A DNA stretch of 32,000 nucleotides from the NCBI RefSeq assembly GCF_000829235.1, contig NZ_AP012549.1, positions 2,070,001 to 2,102,000 of the forward strand, given 5' to 3'. How positions within the stretch are numbered: position 1 is the first letter of the stretch; every line of letters starts with the position of its first letter. The notes beneath the pieces are model-generated. The model ran no database searches. It saw only the letters and a program-made list of their open reading frames with translations, and was not told where the DNA came from. Source of the stretch: a cyanobacterium endosymbiont of Epithemia turgida isolate EtSB Lake Yunoko (GTDB lineage Bacteria; Cyanobacteriota; Cyanobacteriia; Cyanobacteriales; Microcystaceae). Positions 17,992 through 27,896 of this stretch are shown here, one piece after another. The translations under genes and the position numbers were made by a program.

Positions 17992-18744
17992 ATGAGTCCT
18001 AATATTACCCTCGATTTAGCTGCCATTGAGCAGCAACAAAAAGAAAAAATTCTCAATCCTATTGCTCGCAGTCAAGTTACTCAAGACCTCTCAGAAAATA
18101 TCATCCTTACTACCGTAGATGATTTACATAACTGGGCGCGTTTGTCAAGTATTTGGCCCCTATTGTACGGAACAGCCTGCTGTTTCATTGAATTTGCTGC
18201 TTTACTTGGCTCTCGCTTTGATTTTGATCGTTTTGGACTAGTTCCTCGTTGTAGTCCTAGACAAGCAGATTTAATTATTACCGCTGGAACCGTCACAATG
18301 AAAATGGCTCCGGCATTGGTGCGTCTCTATGAAGAAATGCCTGATCCTAAATATGTAATTGCTATGGGTGCTTGTACCATTACAGGAGGAATGTTCAGCA
18401 GTGATTCTACAACAGCCGTGAGAGGAGTTGATAAGTTAATTCCTGTAGACGTATACATTCCAGGCTGTCCTCCTCGTCCAGAAGCGATTTTTGATGCAAT
18501 TATCAAACTTCGTAAAAAAATCTCTAACGAAACCATTCAAGAACGAGCAACGCTAATGGAGCAGACTCACCGTTACTATAGTACAACCCACAATATGAAA
18601 GTGGTTGACCCAATTTTAACGGGTAAATATCTACAAACTGAGAATCGTCAGGCTCCCCCCAAAGAATTAACTGATGCGATCGGTATGCCTGTTCCCCCCG
18701 CTTTAGCGTTCGAGAAACAAAAGAAGGAAATTGAACATGGTTGA
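17992..18744 (+). CDS. ndhK: NDH-1 subunit K
   Basis: The ORF track start is a TTG at 17968; the ATG at 17992 (MSPNITLD...) fits NdhK N-termini better. Conserved [15 protein letters not shown] and the GCPPRPE cluster-binding motif. Confidence 0.9.
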   Translation: MSPNITLDLAAIEQQQKEKILNPIARSQVTQDLSENIILTTVDDLHNWARLSSIWPLLYGTACCFIEFAALLGSRFDFDRFGLVPRCSPRQADLIITAGTVTMKMAPALVRLYEEMPDPKYVIAMGACTITGGMFSSDSTTAVRGVDKLIPVDVYIPGCPPRPEAIFDAIIKLRKKISNETIQERATLMEQTHRYYSTTHNMKVVDPILTGKYLQTENRQAPPKELTDAIGMPVPPALAFEKQKKEIEHG

Positions 18745-19270
18745 AGAAGATAAGCCAGATAATACCCCTGAAGCTGAAAAAACAGCTGTTGTTAAAACTG
18801 GTCTAGTTTCCAGTTGGTTAATGGAAAACGGCTTTAAACATGAAGCCCTTGAGCCAGATCATCTAGGTGTAGAACTGATTAAAGTGGAATCAAAATTCTT
18901 AATTCCTCTAGCTACTGCGCTCTATGCCTACGGATTTAATTATCTTCAATGTCAAGGAGCGTTTGATTTAGGGGCAGGGAGAGAGTTAGTAAGTTTCTAT
19001 CATCTCATTAAGGTTGCTGATAATAGTGATCGCCCTGAAGAGATTCGGATTAAAGTTTTTTTACCTAGGGATAATCCCCGTGTTCCTTCAGTTTACTGGA
19101 TCTGGAAAGCCTCAGATTGGCAGGAACGGGAAAGTTATGATATGTATGGCATTATTTATGAAGGACATCCTGACCTGAAACGGATTTTAATGCCTGAAGA
19201 TTGGGTGGGTTGGCCATTACGAAAGGATTACGTTTCCCCAGACTTTTACGAGTTACAAGACGCTTATTAA
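18737..19270 (+). CDS. ndhJ: NDH-1 subunit J
   Basis: ATG at 18737 with AAGGAA upstream; overlaps the ndhK stop (18742-18744) by 8 nt. [20 protein letters not shown] and [10 protein letters not shown] are typical of NdhJ. Confidence 0.9.
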   Translation: MVEEDKPDNTPEAEKTAVVKTGLVSSWLMENGFKHEALEPDHLGVELIKVESKFLIPLATALYAYGFNYLQCQGAFDLGAGRELVSFYHLIKVADNSDRPEEIRIKVFLPRDNPRVPSVYWIWKASDWQERESYDMYGIIYEGHPDLKRILMPEDWVGWPLRKDYVSPDFYELQDAY

Positions 19271-19293
19271 AGTCTCATTAACAGATTATTAAT

Positions 19294-19340
19294 CCCTTCT
19301 GTTTTGTTCAGTTTATCTAACAATCAGAGGGGTTATTTGT
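19294..19340 (+). terminator. Possible terminator of the ndhCKJ operon
   Basis: 8-bp stem CCCTTCTG / CAGAGGGG (one G-U pair), a long 23-nt loop, then TTATTTGTG. Confidence 0.35.
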
Positions 19341-20076
19341 GAAAATTTTAACTCTTTATATCAAAATTAATGTTCTTTATTAACTAAATAGATACAAGAA
19401 AAATCTAAAAATAGAGGATAAACTTATGAGCTTTCTCGTGAATAACACCTAACATCTCACTATAAAAGGTATTTATAATGTTTAATTTTCCCAGAACCTG
19501 TCCTATCCTATTCAAAATAACAGCTATTTCAATTTATTTTTAATTTAAACTTATATCTTATTAATGTTTCCATGGTAAATAAAATACATAAAAAAATATT
19601 TAATTTAACAATTAATTCTCAAGGAGTTGAGAGCATTATTGCTGAACTTTAATTCGAATAAAGGCTATAAATTTTCTTTTAGTCTTAGTTCCTTATTTTT
19701 CAGCATTGCAAATACTGTAGAGTAAAGAAAAATACCAATATCAACCAAGTAAAAGTGCCAAAAATAAGCGCTACGAGACAATTTTCTTATTTAAGCCAAT
19801 CATAAACTGAAGGCATTTTTGGGGCCCAATTATCCATTTCAAGTAATTTTTTAATGGTACAATCAAGAAAATTTTCACAAACAATAACTTGTTTAAGATT
19901 TAAGGATAAACCTATGTACCAAGTCATAATTTTACAAAGCCGAAGAAAAGAAAGTAAATTTATCAATAAGAAAAGGTTGTCTTTCTAGACAACCTATAGA
20001 TTTAAACATTTAGTTTTGTAAACTAAAGTAAGTCTTAAAGAAGAAGATTTATTTTCAGTATAATTTTCGTTCACTT

Positions 20077-20446
20077 CTATCGTAATTTTATTAACAGTTG
20101 AGTTGAGGTGCAAACAGCAATATGTTGCTTATCGATTTCTTCATCATTCTCCTTATTGATACTTAAACGTTCACAGAGAATAGTATCTGAGAAAATGGCA
20201 CTTGCCATTATTGCGGTATGAATTTATAATAATGCTTGAGCCACAGATTTAGACATCAGCTGTTGTCCAGGAAAGACAACTCTCTCAAAATACCAATTTG
20301 GAACATTTGCAATCCGAACAACTTGAATTTGACTTGTTGCGTTTACATAGCAACAAAGGATAATTCTCTTTTGTACAGTTGGAAGGTAATTGAGGATCTG
20401 ATCCAGAGTAATAGTAATTGAGGCAATGTGAAATCCAATTTTTCAT
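20077..20446 (-). pseudogene. DUF1830-type gene disrupted by an in-frame TAA and lacking an in-frame ATG
   Basis: The minus-strand frame reads ...RIILCCYVNATSQIQVVRIANVPNWYFERVVFPGQQLMSKSVAQALL*IHTAIMASAIFSDTILCERLSI.... TAA at 20224-20226 falls where homologues have LEIHT. The only nearby ATG (20446) is in a different frame. The NWYFERVVFPGQ block is the DUF1830 signature as I recall it. Confidence 0.6.
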
Positions 20447-20870
20447 TTCTTCTCTACCCTAACATTCAGCTATCTCAACCGACTTTGATTAATATTACAT
20501 TCAATATTTTTATCTTACAAACCAGGACACATTTAAAGAAGTAATGTACTTCCAACTTAGACAAAATTCAAAGGAAATCTTTTTTAATTGTTCGTTAAAA
20601 TTATTAATTTTTGTTAATTTAAATATTTTGTTTAAGATTAGCTAAGTTAAATTCACACTCTTTATTCTTAGATTTAAATTCACCCTTGCTATCTACTCAT
20701 AATCTCGTTAAAGTTAAAGATATATTAGAAAGTTATCACCTCTCTTAAAAAGTTTATTAGATACTGCAGTGATTCTAGGATTGTCTATTATTGCCTAGCC
20801 TAAACTGTTCTTAATCCCTAATTTGCGAGTAAATAACTCTGCCAAACTAATGTTTAGGACGGATTTTACA

Positions 20871-22415
20871 ATGACACAGCGTATTCTCTATGTTCGTCTT
20901 CCCTGTAATCCCATTTTTCCTATTGGCGTTGTCTATTTATCTGATCATGTTCACAAGTTTTTTCCTGAAATTAAGCAAAAAATTCTTGATTTTGGAACAA
21001 TTCCACCATTAGAATTCAAAAAAACTTTATATAATTGTATCGATGAGTTTAAACCAACTTTGCTAGTGTTTTCTTGGCGAGATATCCAAATTTATGCACC
21101 CGTTGGTGGTAGAGCAGGTAATCCCCTACAAAATGCTTTTGAGTTTTATTACGCTAAAAACCCTCTACTTTGTTTACGAGGAGCATTAGGTGGCTTAAAA
21201 GTAACTATGGCTTATTACGGTGAAATATGGCGAAATATAGGAATGATTCAGAGTGGACTTAAACGGGCAAAACAATATCATCCAGAAGTACGTTTAGTTG
21301 TAGGAGGCGGTGCAATCAGTGTGTTTTATGAGCAGTTAAAATCCAATCTTCCCAAGGGAACTATTGTTTCAGTGGGTGAGGGAGAAACTTTACTTCAAAA
21401 ACTGTTGCAAGGGAAAGATTTTTCGCAGGAGCGTTGTTATGTTGTGGGAGAGAATGCTCCCCGTAAAAAATTAATCCATGAACCACCAACACCTATTGAA
21501 AAAACTGCTTGTAATTACCAATATATTCAGAGTATTTGGCCTGAATTTAACTATTATCTTCAAGAAAATGATTTTTACATTGGAGTACAAACTAAGCGAG
21601 GTTGTCCCCATAACTGTTGCTATTGTATCTATACAGTAGTAGAAGGAAAACAAGTTAGAATAAACCCCGTTGATGAAGTAGTCAAGGAAATACGCCAACT
21701 TTATGATCGAGGAATTCGTAATTTCTGGTTTACTGATGCCCAGTTTATTCCTGCTCGTAAATTTATTAAAAATACCGAAGAATTATTACAAGAAATTCTT
21801 AATTCTGGGATGAAAGACATTCATTGGGCAGCTTATATTCGAGCAGACAATTTAACTCCAAAATTGTGCGATTTGATGGCTAAAACAGGGATGAATTATT
21901 TTGAAATTGGTATTACTAGTGGATCACAAAAATTAGTTCGTAAGATGCGAATGGGCTATAAGTTGCGGACAGTTTTACAAAATTGTCGCGATCTTAAAAG
22001 GGCAGGATTTAATAGTATAGTATCAGTTAATTATTCTTTCAATGTAATTGATGAAACCTTTGACACCATTCGAGAAACTATCGCTTATCATCGAGAATTA
22101 GAAAATATTTTTGGAGTTGATAAGGTAGAACCTGCTATTTTCTTTATTGGGTTACAACCCCATACTCATCTCGAAGAATATGCTTTGGAAAATAATATTC
22201 TTAAACCTGGATATAATCCTATGAGTTTGATGCCTTGGACAGCTAAGAAATTACTTTGGAATCCTGAACCTTTGGGATCATTTTTCGGAGAGGTTTGCTT
22301 AAAAGCATGGAAAGAAAATTCTAACAATTTTGGAAAGGAAGTTATGAAAATTCTAGAACAAAAGTTAGGAAAAGCTGATTTAGAAGAGTCCTTAACTGCC
22401 CCTCTTGAAAAGTAG
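20871..22415 (+). CDS. B12-binding-domain radical SAM protein (conserved cyanobacterial type)
   Basis: CX3CX2C cluster motif CPHNCCYC with an N-terminal B12-binding-like domain. The ORF track start is a TTG at 20823; the ATG at 20871 (MTQRILYVRLPCNPIFPIG) is preferred. Confidence 0.8.
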   Translation: MTQRILYVRLPCNPIFPIGVVYLSDHVHKFFPEIKQKILDFGTIPPLEFKKTLYNCIDEFKPTLLVFSWRDIQIYAPVGGRAGNPLQNAFEFYYAKNPLLCLRGALGGLKVTMAYYGEIWRNIGMIQSGLKRAKQYHPEVRLVVGGGAISVFYEQLKSNLPKGTIVSVGEGETLLQKLLQGKDFSQERCYVVGENAPRKKLIHEPPTPIEKTACNYQYIQSIWPEFNYYLQENDFYIGVQTKRGCPHNCCYCIYTVVEGKQVRINPVDEVVKEIRQLYDRGIRNFWFTDAQFIPARKFIKNTEELLQEILNSGMKDIHWAAYIRADNLTPKLCDLMAKTGMNYFEIGITSGSQKLVRKMRMGYKLRTVLQNCRDLKRAGFNSIVSVNYSFNVIDETFDTIRETIAYHRELENIFGVDKVEPAIFFIGLQPHTHLEEYALENNILKPGYNPMSLMPWTAKKLLWNPEPLGSFFGEVCLKAWKENSNNFGKEVMKILEQKLGKADLEESLTAPLEK

Positions 22416-23035
22416 AAAAAATATTTAACAGTAGCTTAGTTTATAACTTAATATAGAGAAAATACTTCAACCTTTACCAATTGTTGTTAACAGTAGCATA
22501 GATTAAATAGCTAAAATCTTATTAAAATCAGTATTATACTTTTTATATAGTGATATATCATTTTTATGAGCTTGTCATCATTTAAATGAATAACTATCTT
22601 TTAGAGTGGATAAACAGACATAGTCTAGGGTAAAAATATTAAAAATTCATATTCTTTTACACTTATCTCAAGATAATTTATTTTTTGATGATTCCCTAAT
22701 TACTAAGATAATTTTCTAGTTATTAGGTTTAATCGGATTATTTTTTGTCATTACTTTGATGATTATATATGATATTTTGAGTATAAATAATTATACTTTT
22801 GTTTCTGTAAAGATAACTGTATTTTGTGAGTTTAAATAAAAACTAGTATGATTCCTTGACTTTATTAGATAAATATTTTTAAAAAAGTCTTTTCTTAAGT
22901 TTAGATATTATTTAATAGGGGTAATAACAAGTAAATCAATAATATTAATTATAGTAAATCTATATTTTAACAAAAATATATAGACATAACATTTAACTAT
23001 TAATAATAGGCTTATCAAAATCTATTAAGCTTGAG

Positions 23036-23560
23036 ATGATATTAGATGTTAAACTCAGTCTAATGAATGAGATTCTAAATTTAGAAAACCTTAGCATTAC
23101 TTATCATCAGATTTAAGATGGGATAGAAATTATTTTATTCGTCAAAAAAATAGATTCAATAGATACAAATTTTGATTATGATTAAATAATCAAAAAACTT
23201 CATCAAAATAATAAATTAACTATCGTATATTTACTGAAGAAAAAGCAAGCGATGTATCTCAATTTTATATAAAAACGAGTTTCTAGAAGAATTAAATTTT
23301 TCAATAAAACCCGAATATAAAATAAAATATTTAAGATAAAAATTGTTTAAAACTTTTTAGAATAGTGATGTCAATAATGTATTTAAAATGGATAAAGTAA
23401 GTGAACAAAAAATAAAAAAATACTCGCAAGTTAGATAAAATATTACAGATTTAAAAACCTCAGATATTAAAAATACTGACATTGAGTGAAATTGCTGTGA
23501 TAATAAATTCAATATCTATACTTTCCTAAAAAATCACATAAATTTCACTCATTATTATTA
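23036..23560 (+). mobile_element. Decayed ISL3-family transposase relic (N-terminal part)
   Basis: One frame reads MILDVKLSLMNEILNLENLSITYHQI*DGIEIILFVKKIDSIDTNFDYD*IIKKLHQNNKLTIVYLLKKKQAMYLNFI*KRVSRRIKFFNKT. This follows the ISL3 N-terminal/zinc-finger layout (LNL..L.I......LHQN....I.DL...G..VYL....RRF.C..C.K.F) with the Cys residues and other positions mutated. A later LTLSEIAV resembles the IDEIA block. Confidence 0.45.
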
Positions 23561-23589
23561 ATTAAATTCTCAATTCCTTCTTTTATATA

Positions 23590-24330
23590 GCTAAAAATAT
23601 TGCAATAATTTAGCATAACTTATTTCATTTTACTAATTGTTTTGAAATACTCATTTACCTAAGGCTCACCTATTAAGGTTCATAATCTGTTTACTGGCTC
23701 TAATTTTTAAGAGTCAGGCAGCAAACATTTGCTGATAACTTATGAATAAATTTTTTTATTTTTGCCATGAAATTAGCTGTCATTATCTTCTATCAATAAG
23801 ACTTTTTTTTAGATATATCTACATCTTTAGCTAAATGTTAATCAATTAAATTTATAAATTTTGTATTTACTCTTAGAATTTAATTCCATAAGATTTGTTT
23901 TATTCGTGGCTTGACATATCCATAAATATATGGGAATTTATAGCCCTAGACTACCATAGCAGTTTATCTTTCTCCAATGTGACTCCAAACTTTTCTTCTG
24001 ATTGTTTTGAATTCTACTCCAGGTTCATCAAAAAATAATATATCTATATTTACTTATGGATATTGTTTTAGGTTGTTAACTTATAAATAGAAATTTTAAA
24101 TAAATTTCCTTTTTTTAAAAGGGTTTCTATTTTGACGTTTTAGTCTCAGACTCTGAGAAGAATATCTAAGCTTTCCTTAAGTGATTCTATTCTTTTTAGG
24201 TTTAAACTTTTTAAACACAATTTGTTTTTATCTAGCGAACTGCTTTCAATTTGATTTATATTTTTTCATATACTGATTTTATAGTGGTTTTTATTTAGTA
24301 AATTCAAGTTAATAAATAAAAAAATCTTAG
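23590..24330 (-). mobile_element. Decayed IS630/Tc1-mariner (DDE_3) transposase relic
   Basis: The minus strand reads FDEPGVEFKTIRRKVWSHIGER*TAMVV*GYKFPYIYGYVKPRIKQIL (fDEsgf....r.W...G..p......Y...YgaV.P.tG pattern). Downstream fragments KSLIDRR, IMNLNR*ALGK*VFQNN and AKLLQYF sit at the expected C-terminal positions. The boundaries are approximate. Confidence 0.45.
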
Positions 24331-24689
24331 TTTCACTAAAAAGTGAAGTCGTACTACATAGATATTTCTGCTAAAGTTATAAAAACTAACAATAAGACTA
24401 ACCAATCAACTCCAACACTAGCAGAATATTTTTAAGTCAGTAATAGTTCAGTAAATCTTCTTCTTAGATATTAGGAGGTAATAAACAGTATAAATCTATT
24501 ACCTTATAGCCGGCTAAAATTTCCTTTCGTTGAAATAAAACAATTTATAGAACAAGATAACGATGTTATTTTGTGAGAACCAAGTATTCACCTGTACAAA
24601 AAATAGGTATTGCAATTAGCATTTCTGTCATATGTCGTTGATAGGTGTCAAACGTCGAGATGGGGATATTTAGATAACACTTGGACAAC

Positions 24690-25115
24690 TTAAACTTTCA
24701 TACCTAGTCTTTATTGACAGAAAAACCTAAGGTTTAGTTAGCTATTATTCGTCAGTGCACCAGAGCAACTAAAGAGAAAAAAGCTTATAGAAAATAATTA
24801 AATATATCGAATAAAAAATATTACGTTAATTGGAGCACTTGCTAAACTGGGTTTTTTCACTTTTTTACTTTTGAACGATGGAAAAAAAAGAAATTTTTTT
24901 TACTAATGAAATAAAAGTACTGATATTGTAATTGTGTCCGGGTGATTATTTTGTTATCAACAATTTACCGGCTCATAAAGTAAAAAAAAGTTAGAGACAT
25001 GATTCAATTTATAGAAATACAAGTCTAATTTTTACCCTCTTATTCTTTAATTTTTAATTCTATTAAAAACTGCTGGTCAAAAATAAAAAAATATTTGATA
25101 ACTATAAAATTATAG
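24690..25115 (+). mobile_element. Decayed IS630-family transposase relic (C-terminal half)
   Basis: Reads YLVFIDRKT... then PGDYFVINNLPAHKVKKS* and, after a frameshift, LPSYSLIFNSIKNCWSKIKKYL. This matches the IS630 hallmark DNLPAHK ... LPPYSPDFNPIENCWSKIK. Confidence 0.55.
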
Positions 25116-25922
25116 AGTTCTCAATAGGGCTGTCAATAATTAGTTTTAATTGGTAAGGTAATTTTTAACGTTGTTTATCAGTTAATAAAAGTATTTTTCC
25201 TCATCTTTATCTTTCTTTTTAATTATTTCCTTTAAACTTTTAATCTATTTTTCTAGCAATTCACTTTATTTCTTTGGAATTTTCTTTCTATTAAGAACAG
25301 TTTATTCTTACAGCAAATGCGTCATTTATGATAGTTAACTTTTGAGATATTCTTGAGGATAAATATTATCTTCTTAATCCTACATGATTTTGCTTTTTTA
25401 GGTGTTTATTATTTAGCTAAAGTTGACTAGAATAAAAAGATGAATAAATTTTTTATAGATCATTTGTATCTAAATTTGGTTTCTCTTAATTATAAGTTGG
25501 TTGTTGCTACTAAATTTAGTATTATTCAAAGAGAATAAAGTTTGTATGTAGTGCTAATTCTTTTGCAGAAAGAAGTAATCATAAGGACCATAGAAAAAAT
25601 GATATTACTAGGTTTCTTAAAAATACACCGATTACAAAAGTAATTTAGAACTATGTCTTGAGGAAGATTAAGACTGGGTATACAGTCCCATTCAAATTAG
25701 CTAACTGATGTAACAACGCTTGTTTATTACAACTGATTACTAATTAACTTAGTAAGAGTCTTTTCTCTATTGATAGGTAGGAATCAATTTTTTATATAAA
25801 TATTTTTTATACATAATTTTCGATAATTATTGAAAGTTAATATATTGGTTAAAACAGATTGCAGACTAAATTAACTTTATTAAAAACCAAATCAAGATAG
25901 AAAAATTACTTTACCGTCTAGC

Positions 25923-25973
25923 TAAGAAACAAGTTTTTTGATAATTTCTACTTTTTAAAAAACTTGTTTCTTA
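25923..25973. repeat. Perfect 17-bp inverted repeat just downstream of the 83-aa gene
   Basis: TAAGAAACAAGTTTTTT (25923-25939) pairs with AAAAAACTTGTTTCTTA (25957-25973), 17-nt loop. It starts 10 nt after the stop codon at 25983-25985. Probable transcript-end hairpin. Confidence 0.55.
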
Positions 25974-25982
25974 AAAAGATGT

Positions 25983-26234
25983 TTAACTTTCAGTCACAAG
26001 TTCAGGGTATAAACCTAATTCTTTAGATAACTGACGGGCAAGAAAAATCAAGAACTTTGCTCCATCTTGATTTCCTTCATGAGCTTGTGCAGTAGCAACT
26101 TCCATTAGTGTTTGAACAAAATCTGCATCAATTAAACTCTTGTTAGCATCTAACACGTCCGGTTCTTGTCCATTGGGACAACCGACTAAATCCTCAATTA
26201 GTTGAAAATATTGCTGGCGACGAGATTCTGTCAT
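25983..26234 (-). CDS. Small helical protein resembling the N-terminal module of cyanobacterial CHAT/TPR proteins
   Basis: 83 aa with AGGAG about 9 nt upstream of the ATG. The pattern QYFQLIEDLVGCPNGQEPDVLDANKSLIDADFVQ matches an N-terminal motif (..LI..LL.CP.G.E..IL.AN..L.D.G..Q) that I recall from many cyanobacterial multidomain proteins. Confidence 0.5.
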   Translation of the reverse strand: MTESRRQQYFQLIEDLVGCPNGQEPDVLDANKSLIDADFVQTLMEVATAQAHEGNQDGAKFLIFLARQLSKELGLYPELVTES

Positions 26235-26281
26235 AGGAATGGTTCTCCTTCGGTAAATATTCTGGGTTAAACTTAACTTAC

Positions 26282-26770
26282 TTAATAGTCGTCTTCGTCA
26301 AGGGATTTGCTTAAAACTTCAAACACTGTTGCAGCACAAGATTCTCTATTTTTATCAATTTCTTTCACCCTTTTAGTTATCAGTTTGGCTTCTTCAAGTT
26401 GCCCAAGTTTAGCAAGAATAAACCCTTGCGCCGCATAGGCATTTATATACAGTCGGATAGATGAATCATACTGACGATTGACTAATATGGGCTTTAGTTG
26501 TTCCCATTGTAGCGGAAGATTTTCTGTCTCTTCGATAATTTTTAAGATTTTCTTTGCAATCTCGAGAGCAATTTCGGATTTTCTTTTATAAAAGAAGAAA
26601 CGATAAGCTCCTGTTAAAACATCAAGGTTATTTTCAGCCTTCTTTAGAGCTTCATGTATATATTGCTCTGCTAATATTGTATTTTCCCAATTGTTAGAGG
26701 CTAAAATCAATAAAGTTTTTACATCTTCCGATACGTTGTACCAGGATAGTTGATCTTGAGTTACTACCAT
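26282..26770 (-). CDS. TPR-like all-helical hypothetical protein
   Basis: 162 aa. Repeated amphipathic helical pairs (for example YINAYAAQGFILAKLGQLEEAKLITKRVKEID). Sits 47 nt upstream of the 83-aa gene on the same strand. Confidence 0.5.
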   Translation of the reverse strand: MVVTQDQLSWYNVSEDVKTLLILASNNWENTILAEQYIHEALKKAENNLDVLTGAYRFFFYKRKSEIALEIAKKILKIIEETENLPLQWEQLKPILVNRQYDSSIRLYINAYAAQGFILAKLGQLEEAKLITKRVKEIDKNRESCAATVFEVLSKSLDEDDY

Positions 26771-27855
26771 AATGCATCCTGAAATTCTATTATTATCTTA
26801 ACATTTATACCAAAAATAAGTATCAAAATCTCTACTTTAGAGACCGCTTATAATGTACATCTTAAAAGTATTATAGGGTATGTTATGCTATTTCAATAAA
26901 AAGATTTTAGCCATTATATATAAAATAGAAAATAGGAGTCTTAGTTTTATATTTTAGATAGAGAAGTTAGACTAGTTTAAAATGAATTTAGCACAAATAC
27001 TTATGGTTAAAATAGATAAAAACCAGGAAACGGATTGAGATAATCTTCTTTTTAAGTCAAAAAAGTGTATAAAGTCCAAAAATATAAAATCTTTTTAAAA
27101 AGTTTAACTGTTAATATCTTGCTGTCATAGTTGATTAAATTTATTTTTGTTTGATTAAATTATCTATCAGATAAAAGGAAAGAATTAGATGCAGGTCATA
27201 CAATATTATATATGGTTATAACTGCTAATTTTGTCTTTTTTAGAGTATTAAATTTTAACAAAGTGGGTAAAATAAAAAGATAATACTTTCATTCCATCTT
27301 AATTCTAAAAATTTTTTTATTTTTACTAGTTAAATGCAAATTTAAAAAACATTAATTTAAATATCAACAAGGTTTTAAAATGTTAACAACGTATTAAAAT
27401 AATTAAAATAGATAAGATTATTAACTATGATAAGTATTTATTTGAATGATTACATTAATTATTCAAATAAGTGTAAAAATATATTACATCATCAATCTAG
27501 AGCTAAAATTAACTATATCTTAATATAAGAAGACTTAGTAATACTGTAAAAGCTTAGCTATAAAAATATGGTTGTTAATAAATATAGCCTCAGTCATAAA
27601 ATACCTAAATACGAATCAATACATTATAAGTGCAAGTATAAAAAAAATACATTATTAAGACATAATATATCTTTATTTATAAGTAAATTATTATGCAGTA
27701 AAAATTCATAATAAATCTAAAAAATAATAGCTAATAATAATATTGTTATCTCCAAAAATAAATTAAATAAAAAAGTAGAAAAGATAATAATAAGTTTTTT
27801 TATAAAAATAAAGTATAAAGTACAAATAATAATATTTTTAATTTTTAAAAATCAA

Positions 27856-27896
27856 ATATAGCCAATAGTATTTATCAAAAAAACTATTGGCTATAT
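27856..27896. repeat. Perfect 14-bp inverted repeat (ATATAGCCAATAGT / ACTATTGGCTATAT) with 13-nt spacer
   Basis: 27856-27869 pairs with 27883-27896. It stands out as the only GC-containing palindrome in an otherwise low-complexity AT stretch. Confidence 0.6.

Noticed and set aside
18081-18536. Two antisense ORFs (18081..18296, 18327..18536) inside ndhK
   Set aside because: Antisense shadows of a highly conserved gene.
10851-20226. Idea that in-frame TAA/TAG codons reflect stop-codon reassignment or programmed read-through
   Set aside because: The intact genes in the window terminate normally on TAA, TAG and TGA, for example the helicase on TAA, sqdX on TAG and pyrF on TGA. The interrupted genes also carry frameshifts or deletions, so pseudogenisation is the simpler reading.
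20236-20421. 61-aa plus-strand ORF (TTG start)
   Set aside because: It is antisense to the recognisable DUF1830 relic, and the relic frame explains the open reading on the other strand.
20460-20870. Cobalamin riboswitch upstream of the B12-binding radical SAM gene, and a Moco riboswitch upstream of modBC (30792-30866)
   Set aside because: There is no B12-box-like GCCACTG or conserved core helices. The modBC leader is only 75 nt, with no matching structure.
21471-21698. 75-aa antisense ORF inside the radical SAM gene
   Set aside because: It overlaps the region encoding the CX3CX2C motif on the opposite strand. Shadow ORF.
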